Part shown: piece after piece, positions 29,192-43,000 of the stretch
Numbering within the stretch: position 1 is the stretch's first letter
Layout: each line of letters begins with the position of its first letter
DNA from: Octopus vulgaris
Lineage: Eukaryota
DNA: 64,000 nucleotides
Reading direction: 5' to 3'
Assembly: GCA_951406725.2 (NCBI GenBank)
Contig: OX597830.1
Coordinates: 44,950,001-45,014,000 of the forward strand
Position numbers and translations under genes: made by a program
The notes under the pieces: model-generated
What the model saw: the letters and a program-made list of their open reading frames with translations, nothing else
Databases searched by the model: none
What the model was told of the DNA's origin: nothing

Positions 29192-32100
29192 TATATATTC
29201 TCTACTTGTTTTTTCTGTGTACCTTTCTGTAGAAGAGCGTAGGCTCGAAACGTAAAAGACTTTTTCTATTCCTGAGCGTTATACTAATACATCTGTTTGT
29301 TTTGTACACCACCCGTCTTCGTTTTTTGTTTTTTTCGTAAACTTTCCCTATATATATGCATGCATGCATACATACATACATACATATATACATACATAAA
29401 TACATACATACATTACATACATTTGTACAATCCAAATTTGAAAGAGCAAGAAAAAAAACAACGCGAAGGCATGGAATACGTACAGTGTCATTGGATGCTC
29501 AGGAAAGGAAAGAAAAGCAAAAGGATTTCACATTTTGAGCGGAGCTCTTCGTCAGAAATATAGAAAAACTCCAAAGAAGGGAAGACGGAGAAAGGAAATC
29601 GCCAACGATACACACGTGGTCACATACTGAAATGACCGGAAGGGAAAGGGTGCAGAAAAAGTTCTTTCAAAGACAGGAGAGTACAAGAGAAGGAGGTATG
29701 TGTGTGTAATGATAGCACGTGTGGGTGCGTGTGTGTATGTGTGTGTGGTTGTGGCTGTTTATGTATGTGTGTGGTTGGACTTAGTGTTATTTAAGGTTAT
29801 ATGAAGAATTTATAATAAGAATTAGGTATGATTCCTTTTGGTACCACCTGGTTAACTATAGCGTTGACTAGACCATAACCAACACCACTAGATATTTTAA
29901 ACATCTTAGCGGTTATTCCTGATGGGCCAGGGTCCTCCACCCCCTCTTCATATCCTTCATGGTACTGTCTACAAAGCTACTGTCTATTTGGATTGCTGGT
30001 CCCTCTGTTGGATCAATATTGGGAAGACTTCCCTTCTCCCATGTATTCTCTTCATTTACTAGCCTTTCGTAGTGGCACCTCCAAGCCCCTTTCTTTGCAG
30101 AGTCACTAACTGCAAGTGAACCATCATCCGTGCGAACACATTTCTCTTCCACATCACAATTTTCCCTGGTACACTGTCTTATAAACCAAAACACTTCAAG
30201 CTATGGGTCTCATGCTGATGAACATTGGCAAACTTCTTCCTTTCTGTTTCACCCCTGGCTAAGTATATTAGCATCCTAGCTTCCCTTCTAGCTGCCTGAT
30301 ATAGCTCTTTGTTACCACCACCATCACAGTCCTTCCAAGCTTGTTTCTTTGCTCTAATGGCCCTGTCAACTACATTAATCCACCTCAATGTCACCCTAGG
30401 TCTGGTTGGGACTTTGCATGACAAACAAATTTGGTCTGTGGTTATTAGTAAGTTGTCTTATAGGAACTTCCAGATATCCTCTATATTGCAAGTCTGTAAC
30501 TCCTACTCCTTCTCACCAAATGCTTCAGTTAGGAAGTCCCTAAACCTCTGACTATTCAAAGGATCTTTAAGCTTCCAAATCTTTCTTCTCCAAACTGGCT
30601 TGCTTCTTGGAATCCTTTGTACCTGCAATTTGAAGTCACTAATGAGTAACCTATGCCGAAGGGTACACTCTTCATCAGAGAAGGACTTTGCATTTATGAA
30701 CAACCATGAATCCCATTTTCTGGTGAGAACGTAGTCAATCTGGCCAGCATGATCACTGGATTTATACGTTATCAGGTGACTGGCTGGTTTACTGAAGTTG
30801 GTGTTGCCTCTCATTAGGTCATTCACATTACAGAACTCCAGTAGCCTGTGCTTCCTCCTCATTTCAAGAGCCAATTTCATGGCCACCATACACCCCATCA
30901 GAAGACATCTGGACGCTGCTCAACATGCCCATTGAAATCACCAGCCATGAAGATAAGGTTGCTTGTCTTCAATGTTGCCTGCAAAGGAGTGTCATAAAAA
31001 CAGTCCTTTTGTTCATTTGGCAGGCCTGTTTGTGGAGTATAGGCAGAAATGATTGTAGCTGTGCTATTCTGCAAAACTAGTCTGAGCTTAAGTACCCCAA
31101 CACATACTCTGACTACCTCAGTCACCTTACTTACTCATTTCTCTGCTAGAAGTATGCCAAAAACTCTTACTCCATTATGGTTGCCCTCCCATAAGAGCCT
31201 ACACCTATGCTTTTTGCCTGTAAAGAACTTGGCTGAAGCTCCCCTCCACTGAGCTTCTTGTATACAGCACACATCAACACATCTCCTTTCAAGCATCTCA
31301 ACAATCTCACCAGACCTACCTTTCAATGTGCCTGCATTGGCTGTACTGACTCTGAGAGTGTGTAAAGGGAGGTAGGAGGTAACATGGAGAGGGGGAATTA
31401 TGGCTTTCAGCATCTGAGAAGAAGGTTGTAATGGGCATTGGCTAGCAGACATGTCATAGCAGTTGTCCTTGCATTATTCCACCATCAGTTATGCTGTTCT
31501 TGCCAACTCCTCTGGATGTAGGTGTCAAACTAACATTAGTATAAGCAATGTTAGTACAGGTATAAGTGAAGACATATATAGGCTAACTAGTTAATCATTG
31601 TCACCTCCGTTGATGGTGGGCATCATATATCCCAATAGTATTAGTACAGAGCAATGTTAGTGGAAGTACAGGTAAGTTAGGTAAATAAAATAGGATAGGG
31701 GTAGTTAATTTGTTATATGTAAGCAATAAAACTAAGTGATGCATAGTCATGCTTGTATTGCTGCCATATGAATGGAACAGACGAGGTAGGGGTCAAGGAG
31801 TGTGTTTGAATTTCAGCAATATGGATGCAACTAATGGGGGAGTGGGGTTAAAGGGGTAGCTATGAGATGTTTACGATATAAAGTTACGAAAATAAAATAA
31901 TCTCTTCACAAATTATTCTGATATGATTATAATAACTCACCTCAACTTTTGGTACTTTGGCCATAATTCTGCAATACCACATCTTATGACTGAAATCATT
32001 TATATAATTAGCATACAGATTTCCTGAAGGGTCAGGTGCATCTATCAAACTTTGTACACAGAGCTCATACATAATGGCCTGTTCATTCATGTTTGTGTTA

Positions 32101-35100
32101 TTCTGGTTACATTTGTTAATCTCATCCTAAGAAAATATCAGAAAGAAAATATTTGCAATTGGACAAAGAAGATAAACATATAAGCTACATTAGTCATACA
32201 AACCAATTATTCTATGGTCAACCATATAAAACAATTAGAAGATAAATGGTGAAAATATTAAAATTGAGATTTTGCACATCAAGTTTTACCACTGTCCTCA
32301 TCATCATCATCATCCTCATTTAACGTCCGCTTTCCATGCTAGCATGGGTTGGACGGTTCAACTGGAGTCTGGGGAGCCCGAAGGCTGCACCAGGCCAGTC
32401 AGATCTGGCAGTGTTTCTACAGCTGGATGCCCTTCCTAACGCCAACCACTCCGAGAGTGTAGTGGGTGATTTTATGTGCCACCGACACAGGTGCCAGACG
32501 AGGCTGGCGAACGGCCACGCTCGGATGGTGTTTTTTTTTATGTGCCACCGACACAGGTGCCAGACGAGGCTGGCAGACGGCCACGCTCGGATGGTGTTTT
32601 TATGTGCCACCGACACAAGTGCCAGATGAGGCTGGCGAACAGCCACGATCGGATGGAGTTTGTTACGTGCCCACAGCACGGAGGCCAGTCGATGCGGTAC
32701 TGGCTACGGCCACGTTCGGATGGTTTTCTTGTGTGCCACCGGCACTGGTACCACAAAGATACAAATTCCATTGATGTTCATCTATTTTGATTTGGTTTGA
32801 TTTGATTTTCACTTGCCTCAACAGGTCTTTACAAGTGTCACATACTTGCCTCAACAGGTCTTCACAAGTGTCATAAGAAGGAAGGTATGCACAGGTAGAC
32901 TGACTACGTCCCAGGTAGGGACCACGGGTTATGGCCTGACTAGTCTTGCCGGGTCTTTGGATGGTGTTTTTATGTGCCACCAACACAGGTGCCAGATGAG
33001 GCTGGCGAACGGCTACAATCGGATGGTGTTTGTTACGTGCCCACAGCACGATGTGGTACTGGCTACCGCCACGTTCGGATGGTTTTCTTGTGTGCCACCG
33101 GCATTGGTACCACAAAGATACAAATTCCATTGATGTTCATCTATTTTGATTTGTTTTGATTGGATTTGATGGCAATGGTAAAACTGTGCTTAATATGAGG
33201 TGGTATCAAAAAGTTCCTGGACTAGTTCTGTAGTGCACCAGCAGATGGCAGCACACTGTTGCATGTGCAGTGAGAGATAGCATGAGGTAGTGTGCCGAGG
33301 GACATCACTGCGTTTACTTTGTAAGTTGCAAAGTTTGTGTTTTTGTGATCACATGTGTCTGCTGTGGTCTGCAATTTTGTCATGGACAGGAACAAAGAGT
33401 CAACATGAAAATTTGAGTTAAACTTGGGAAGTCATCTGCCACAGAGACATTGAGCATGCTTCAGCAAGCTTACAGTGATAAGGCAATGGGTTGTACATAA
33501 TGTTTCAAGCGGCACAGGTGCTTCAAAAGTGAAAGAACATCCCTGGAAGATGATGAGTGATCTGGAAGACCTGCCATGAGTGTCAATCTGGAAATGTGGT
33601 ATTGGGCATTGAGAATTTGTTCCCTAGGGCCATCAATTGAGAGGTCTATTGTGACGTTTTGAAGTGTTTGAGGGAGGACATTCAATGAAAATGACCAGGT
33701 CTGTGGAGCATGAAGAATTGGATTCTTCACAAAGACAGTACACCTTGTCACCAAGCTTTCCTCACCATTGAATTTCTTGCCAAAAACAACAAGGTAATGC
33801 TTCCACACCCACCCTATTTGTCAAATTTAGCACCTGCAGACTTCCATCTTTTCCCAAAATGAAAATGCAGCCAAATGGTTGTCACTTTAACACCGTTGTT
33901 GAGATCAAGAACAAATTGCAGTAGGCCATCAACTTGCTTACAGTAAATGACTTCCAGGTTGGATTCCAAAAGTGGCAGGAATGCTGGGACCAGTGTATTG
34001 CTGTGCAAGGTGAGTATTTGGACAGAGATGATGTTAAAACATTGGTAAATAAGTTATTTTTCATTAAATGTAACCAGTCCAGGAACTATTTGATGCAACA
34101 TACAAAGAAGAAATACAAATCGCAACATACAATTAACTGACAACAATTTTTATTTTTTAAGTTATCCAATTAATTCAGAGGAAGCTATACTTTTGTCATG
34201 CTAATTTTATAAAGTCAGTAAGTATTGATTTGACAACAAAAAGCTAACACAATTTTCTTTCACAATATTTTACTTATTTAATATAAAACTGATAACAATG
34301 TAAAGCAGTATAATATAACAGTATGGAAGCTAATAACAAAATGAAATTTAAAATGTAACATTCAGTCAAGAAGCAAAAACAAAACTTTTATTTTCTTCTC
34401 TTGTATGACCAGATAATGTTGCCTTAGTAGTTAGTCAAATGATACATGTCATCTGCTCAGCATATTTATCTTTCTTCTTTCCAATTCGTTTCCATCTCAC
34501 CTTCTCTTTGTGGTAGCAGTTTCTTTTTTTTCTCACAGTATCTTCTCTCTCTCACTGTCATAGAATATATTCTGTTATCATCCTCTCTCACTAGTAATTT
34601 TCTCACTCTCTTCTGCTAGATGACTTTCACATTCTCACTTTCTCTATTCTGTCAACATTCTTCTTTTTACCATTTCTGAACATAGGCATACATCCCACAT
34701 ATATCTAATTTTTCTAAATAATGATGCTTTTTGTCAAAAGGTTAAAAGTTGAGCTTTTATTCTGATTGAAGAAGTAAACATAAGACTAATAACCAAAAAT
34801 ACAATATTAAGTAACCAATGAAACAAGGTGTAAAGTTAGAGAATGAATTAATTCACATATAGTTAATAAAATTATATGCACATTTAGGACAGAATTAAGT
34901 AAGATAGGAAATTACCTGGAAAAACTGCACAATTCTCATAGGAGATACACTGTATCTATTAAATTTTGCAAGACAATCTTTCCAGAAATTTACACGGATA
35001 AATTCAGACAACCAGCAATGACTTTTCTGAAGCTTTGACTTTTCATTGTTAATCTAAGAATTGAAATAAAATTTATGAAGTTCATCATCATTGGTATGTT

Positions 35101-36730
35101 TGCTTTTCAATACTGCTATGAATATATACAAAAGGAAAAGAATCCAAAATTAGGTTTGATATATTTAGTTAAAATGACCTCTTTTTAAGTTACAAAGGCA
35201 TCAATGTCTTATATGTTCAAACTTACATTTAAATAATTATCATCATCATCATCGTTTAATGTCCGCTTTCCATGCTAGCATGGGTTAGATGAATGACTGA
35301 GAGCTGGCGAACCAGATGGCTGCACCAGGCTTCAATCTTGATCTGGCAGAATTTCTACAGCTAGATGCTCTTCCTAAAGCCAACCGCTCCGAGAGTGTAG
35401 TGGGTACTTTTACGTGCCACTAGTATGGGGCCAGTCAGGCGGTACTGGCAACGACCTCGCTCAAATCCTTTACACATGCTACTGGCACAGGTGCCAGTAA
35501 GGCGATGCTGGTAACGATCACGCTCGAATGGTATCTCTTACTTGCCACCGGCACAGTGGCCAGATAGCTGCTCTGTCAATGATTACACTCGTATGTTGCT
35601 CTTTACAACCCACTAGCACAGACGCTCTGGCAATGATCATGCTTGGATGGTGCTCTTTAAGGCGACGCTGGTAACGATCAGGCTCGAATGGTGCCTTTTA
35701 AGTGCCACTGGCACAGAAGCCAGTTAGCCGTTCTGTCAATGATCACACTCGTATGTTGCTCTTTACAATATATTCAGCAAGATGGTGTTTCCATGATAAA
35801 TACTTAAAATATGAAATGAGTGCACAGATTAAAATTTAAGTAAGCTAGAGTTAATTTTTGTCAATCTGTCAACCACACCTTAAATATTTTAGGAGAAATG
35901 TTATTAATTACCTCAGTAAATGTTATTTCTTCGTGATTAATATCTGCAAACTCACACAACATACGAGCATCATCATAGAGCTTCTTGTTAACAATTTCTG
36001 CCACTAGGGGCTCCACCTGGGTGGCTAAATGTTGTCGATCTTTCACCAGGAAAGAGGAGAATGGGATAGTGAGTTGGTTCTTCTGAAGGATTTCAGCCAC
36101 TTGCAAGAGTTGAGAGTAATTCAAACCTGTTAAAATAGAGACATACTATTAAAATAACTTCAAATAGAAATTTAACATCAGCAAATCTTTGAATTAGATA
36201 TGAATCTATGTTAGCTGTCGGATTAGTTATAAGCAGAAATTACAAATCTGCCAATGAAAGAGCCTCTATAAAATCAGTCAACCTGCTAAAATAAATAACT
36301 GGATTGCTTCACATTTTACACTTTCTTATAAATGGATGAATATGTAGCATAAAGAATTTTAGCAGAATGCTATGATATAAGAGAAAACAGAATGTTGATA
36401 GGTGAAATTTGGTCAAACAATGGAATAATGACACACAAACATGTGTTCTAACTTCAAATATATATATTTATCTTTTATGTTTTACTTGTTTCAGTCATTA
36501 GACTGTGGCCATGCTGGGGCACCACCTTAAAGAATATTAGTCAAACAAATTAACCCCAATACTTATTTCTTTTAAGCCACAAACTTCTTTCTATTTGCTA
36601 AATTATGGGGATATAAACACACCAACACCAGTTGTCAAGAACTGGTGGAGGACACAGACACACACCCACATTTATTTGTATTTATATACGAATGCGGTGT
36701 TGCACACTCATTTTTCACTGTTCGATATAA

Positions 36731-36774
<44 letters not shown>

Positions 36775-37531
36775 TGGGCTTCTTTCAGTTTCCATCTACA
36801 AAATCCACTCACAAGGCTTTGGTCAGTGTGCATGAGCTAACGGGAGAGTTCCAACCTGCTAAAGTATAATAGCAGCACGACCATGACCACTAACAACAAC
36901 AACAATACTAAAGGTGATCAAGACGAAGATTTATCTTATTTAGGGTTAAAAGTTCTATTGCCACCACCATCACCACTAGCAACAATAATTAAGGTGCTGA
37001 CAATGATGATGATGACAATTGAAATATAAAAATATAAAAATCTCTGACAAAGGATATTTACAACATTTCTAAAAATAACCCAACAATTGCTGCTTCGGCC
37101 AGGGTCAAGATACAGGACTCTTGACCTGTCCAACAAAGCGTGATGCCTAAACCAATCAGCTCAACCAATCAGCTTAAGTAATTGAGTGATACTACACACT
37201 GATTGGTCAGAATACAGTTTGCAAAACCTAGCACTCTGGAGCCTACCCAGCTGTATTTATAGCACAGAATCACTCATCTTGCTACAGTCAAAAATTGTGA
37301 AGCATGACTGTCAACACTACTACATGAACCCGAAGATTGCAGAATTCAATGCATGAAAGTACTAGTTCAATCAGAATGAATATTTAACATTCTACTATTT
37401 CATTTTATTTTATTCAATTATAATATATTATCTTATAATATATCATTATAAGATTGTAAATAAAACGTGAAAATCAGACAAGGTTGGAATTCTTTTTATT
37501 AATATATTCTTCTATACACAATCACACACAC

Positions 37532-37575
<44 letters not shown>

Positions 37576-39983
37576 TGGGCTTCTTTCAGTTTCCATCTAC
37601 AAAATCCACTCACAAGGCTTTGGTCAGTGTGCATGAGCTAACAGGAGAGTTCCAACCTGCTGGAAATAGCAGCTAAATCTCCCTCAGATTATATCCTTTT
37701 GTCTTAAAGAGAGGTTTTCTCACCTATGCCTTTCAACCAATACCTCCACCGCCTTGTCACATTACCTTAAAATAGTGCCCTGAAATGCAAACAGCACTAC
37801 ATGCATATCTTCTACTATACTTGAGACAAACCTTCACCATTACATCAATCCTACATCAGTTATGTAGAAACTTGGCTCCCAAAATGAGAGACTTAAAATA
37901 GCACTTATCAAATCCACTGTCTTCGTCTTTAGTGGCATCATCAGAGACCATCAAGTACAACCAAACATCATACTCAAATTCATCACACCACACACACACA
38001 CACACACTACTTCTACAAAAAGGATGACATAGAATGTACAGGCATACTAAGAACATTTACAGGTACCATATTGTGCAAAAAGTTAAAATATAACAGTGTG
38101 CAAACAATGTATTTCAGCCATCATAGGTTATGCCTGCTTTTGTTGGGGCCCCTATTCTCTCCATTAAAAGAATACTATAATAGAAGAAAAAAGACAGAAG
38201 ACTGTCTATTATCACAAGCTGTTCACAGATACCTGCACACTGTAACAAAAATACAAAACATGAAAGACTACATCCAGGACAAGTGAGGAGCAGTTTGCTA
38301 CTACAGCAGACTCCAGTCCTCACAATCTTCACTAAACACCCTGACACATGAACACCACCACAGAACATGATTACAATAGTACACTAAAAACACTATCTCA
38401 TCCACTCAGCACAGTTAAACAGAAAAATAATATACACAGAAACAGATGCAACATGAATAACTTCATCAGTACCAAACACTATCTTTGGATGCAAACCATC
38501 AATAATAAACGTAGAGGAACAACAGCTGTCATGTTCTAACCAAGTCCACCTTGCCTGTCTTGGCTGTGGATATCACCAGAATCTCCAAGCAGCCATCAGA
38601 AATGGACTATAAAGGAAACTGTCACACTGCACTTCAATTCATCACTGAATGTCAGAGTGTGCACTATATTCATCAGTTATACATAGGCTTGGAATATCAG
38701 AAACAATAGGTCTGTGGGTTAGACCTTGTCATTCAGCTGGCTACCAAGATATCACAGGAGTGTTTAATCAGGTAATTAACAACAACTAAAACAGGTATGA
38801 GAGTGTGTAAATTATTTACCTGGTTGATATGTGAATACTGAAATGATATTATACTGAGTTAAGTATTTCAAGAGTTTCACAACATCAGAGATATTTGGCA
38901 AACCTGTCAACAGCTCTCTAATAAGGCATTGACAAGTTTCCTCTTGCCATGAAATGTCCCCAACCATTGGAAATACCTGGGCCATGTGATTAATAGAGGA
39001 CATCTTATCTTTAGATGGCTACAAAAAAAAAAAAAAAATTTACATATAGTAATGATAATAATAATGATGGAATAATAATGAATAATAATAATAGTATTGT
39101 TAATAATGGATAATAATAAGTTTATATTATTTGCAATTATTTAATAAATATATATATAGTTTAATAAATATCAGTGGTTTGAAAAGAATGCTTCATTATT
39201 TGCAATCATAAATTTTTTCCACCTAATATGTACTGTGAACGGCGTGATGCACATATTATTTTACTGGTATTATTAATATTATTAATAATAATACTAATGA
39301 TAATAATAATGATAATAATAATAATAATAATAATAATAGTAATAATAATGATAATAATAATAATATTAATGGCATTTTGTAACTTAATATAATGAACTCT
39401 TGACATTGTATATATACATTTGCATATGGATATGTGTATGTTTGTATATTGTAATATTCTAATATATTGATTTGACTAACTGTAACCTTATATATATATA
39501 TATGTGTATATTATTATATATCATTATGTATATACGTATATATATAGGTGCATGTGTATATACACTTATGTGTATGTGTATATTATATGTTATATATATG
39601 TGCTCATTCTTGTATGGGTGTACCTTCTCTGATATTCATACTTAGATTGTACTTTATAATCTCTGAAGAGGCCTTGGGATATATTTGTAAGTGTCTCATT
39701 TATAACCACATATTACTTATCACACCTGGCTAATATGGGCATAATGAGATACTCATATCTACATGGCTGAAACAGCTGTAAGATATAGTTTATATTTATA
39801 TTTATATTTATTTATACATATTGTACTTATTGTATCATATTACTCATTGATGTGCACTGTTTTGTTCTGTACTATTATGTTTGACCTTGATGTTCATATG
39901 TAGTTGGTTAATAAATTATGTGAATGGGTATTATCTGATAGTTGATTATTGATTAAGGTGTATTTCTCCATTTTCTTATTTTG

Positions 39984-40015
<32 letters not shown>

Positions 40016-43000
40016 TATGGATGAATGAATTATCCTTTGTTTACCGTTAACATGGAAAATTCAATAAACAGTTACCAGGGTAGCTTATATACATATATAT
40101 ATATATGTGTGTGACATGATGAAATAGCAAAAGTTCTGCATTGGAAACTGTGAAAAGAGAAGGAAGCATGAAGTAAGACATGGTATGGACACAAACCATA
40201 GAGTGACTGAGTCAGTCTTGCAAAATCCTGTGGGATTTCCAAATTCATACTGATTAGGTGCTTGAGCACAAAATACACCAGACTTAGCAGTGGTGATCAA
40301 AGAAAACTGTGTGCATGTGTGCTCTAATTGATGTTCTATGGTCATTTGACTCATGAATACTTAAGAAGGAAAGCGAGAAACTAAATGCTTACAGTCCTCT
40401 TAAACATGAGAAAGCCTGACTGTGGAAGTCAAAGATACTAAAGATGAAGACAGTGCTGATTATTATTGGGGACTTGGCAATAGTATCAAAAGATATTGAA
40501 ATGAATATAAACAAAATAAAATCAGTGTCCAGTAGAGCTGTTGCAAAAACTTCACCTCCTCGGCACAGCCAATTATTAGGAAAGTACGAGATTGTTGAAG
40601 AATACAAATAACATAATACTATAGGCTACAAGTAGCAAGCCTGCTGCTCATGCAAGATTTCAGGTGATTCAACAAAACCTGAGTACAACAACAACAATAA
40701 CAACAACGTCATTGTCATCGTAGTCATCGTCATCATCATTTAATGTCTGTTGTCCATGCTGGTTGGACAGTTTGACTGGGCTGGCACGCAGGACCAGACA
40801 CCGATCTGATTTAGCATGGTTTTCTATGGCTGGATGCCCTTCCTAATGCCAACCACTCTGAGAGTGTAATGGGAGCTTTTACTGGCCTCCAGTATGGGTG
40901 CCAATTTGCATGATACCAAATAGTAATAATAATAATCCATTCTATGATAGGCACATATCTTGTAAGTAAGGCAGGGGTTAGTTGATTACACCAACCCCAG
41001 TGCTCAACAGGGGCCCATTACATTGACTCAAAAAAAAAAATTAAATGCAACACTGACCTTGGGACTGACCTGGTGAAATAAGGAAAAAAATTGACCCTGA
41101 CAGGATAACAACACCATAACAACAGTGATCATTTGGCACAAGGTTACAAATTTGGGTGGGGGTGGGGTGGGGGGCTAGTTGATTAAATCAGTCTCAGTAC
41201 TTCACTGGGATTGATGAAAGGCAAAGTTAACCGTAGCAAGATTTGAACACAGAACATGAAAAGTCATAACAAATGTGCATCCCCCTTACTATTCTCAGGA
41301 GCAATGCCTCTCCCATTTCGTCTGCTTGTGCTATGAGAAATGTTTCTTAATTGTGAGAGGTTTTACCCGAAGATTTAACAATTTTTTTTAAACCATCAAA
41401 TTTATGTTTAATGCTAAAAGGCATTTAGCTGTGATTAGTTCTGGAAGATAATGATAATTCTTTACATTGGCATAATGCAACATATTACAAGAGAATTGAA
41501 TTGGCTACAGAATATGTCTAGAATCCATTTTAACCCGTGCTAGCATGGAAAACGGATGCTAAACGATGATGATGATGATGATGAAGCAAGATAAAAGATG
41601 AAGTCAGTCTCAAATATTGTAAGATATTCCAATGAAAAATGTAATTGTTAAGCCGAATAAAAAAAAAAAAAAAACATAATTATACAAAAATTATTTTAAA
41701 AGTTTATACAAGGAAAGGTTATATATTTCAGTAACTATATAAACTGTAATTGTTATGGTTAGTGTTGCTTATGTAGTTTTGGTATTGGAAGTCATATTGG
41801 TGGTAGTGTTGTTGGTACTGAATATAAGACGGGCTGTGATAGCATTGATGGTGATAATAATGCTGAGAGGCAATATGAAAGAAAGGGAACAGGAAGAAAA
41901 GTAACTTACTTTATATAGAACAGAATGTTTAAAACTTTCCAGATAAGTCTGAGCTTCTGCATAATCATATTTCTCCAGACAACAGTGAAGGAATTTTAGG
42001 AAGAATGCCATAGGTGTGTCCTGTATGAAAAGAAAACAGGACAGATAATGTAGTTGATGAAGACCACAAATCTTACAATGCCATATAAAGGGAAACAAAA
42101 TATAAATTAAAAAATTATCAAGTAATAATATTAAAAAATTATAAATGCCATTTTTTATGTGGAACCCACCCCCAGTTACTTCACAGGCAACCCATCTAGG
42201 AGGATCATAACTCTGATACAGAGTAGAGGAGAATTGATGACTCTATAAAATGTACTCAGTCCACTGTTAAGTCGTTGGTGGTACACTAGAAAATACACTT
42301 ATAAATGAAAAAAAAAAAGGGATCAGATTTAAATAAAATATTTCCTTCCTTGTAAAAATATATAAAATTTCAGAAAAATTATCTAAAAGCAATGTAACAT
42401 ATAAACATGCCAACACATTTTACAAAGTGCCACTGATCAAATGATTCTGACCATGTTTCCAGCATGTTACTTGAATGCCACTGACTAACTCCAAGCATTT
42501 GTTTACATAATTTTGCTGGACTGAGAAAAAAAAAATAAATAAATAAATAAAAAAGAACCTCAGTCACATGACCATACCTATCATAAGTCAACAGTTGTAC
42601 AATCTAAGGCCCTAATTTAGTACATCACAATATTGTTTGAAAATCAAAGGCTAAGAAAAACTGTGTACTTACTGTTTGGAAAATAGCAAATCCAACTGTT
42701 AGATTAGCTAACCATTTGTTTCTGATGAATATTTCAGTAAGTTCACGTAAATCCTTCAAGTTCCACTTGGTAACAGGCAAAACATGTTGCTTCAGGAAGT
42801 GTTGATGCTGCACATCATTCATAACAGCAATCAACCAACCACACAAGCAACTGAGAATGTTAGCTTCCTACAGAGAGAAAAATCATAATAAACATCAAAA
42901 TTATGCTATGGTTAATGTAAATTGAAGAGTTATTCAATGTTAAAAGTGGGTTTGCTGATTCTATTTTATGAAGACTAAAATATGTCCACAGTTGACACTT

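Noticed and set aside
28225-29563. Many 60-156 aa ORFs rich in YI/HT/VC
   Set aside because: Translations of (TA)n/(CA)n/(TACA)n microsatellites; the same applies to ORFs at 774-1214, 8471-8895, 25686-25910, 39206-39406 and 61556-61898.
32460-33170. Regularly spaced repeats resembling a CRISPR array (also 13530-13800, 35400-35770, 47920-48140)
   Set aside because: The units are diverged tandem copies without unique spacers, sit in a LINE 3'UTR, and there are no cas genes in this eukaryotic context.
38230-38720. A/C-rich stretch faintly resembling an old LINE C-terminus
   Set aside because: Too degraded to assign with support.
42400-42520. Open frame after a strong poly-pyrimidine/AG ([14 protein letters not shown]..), a possible extra SPG11 exon
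   Set aside because: The flanking exons already join in frame and colinearly with spatacsin; no convincing donor or homology.
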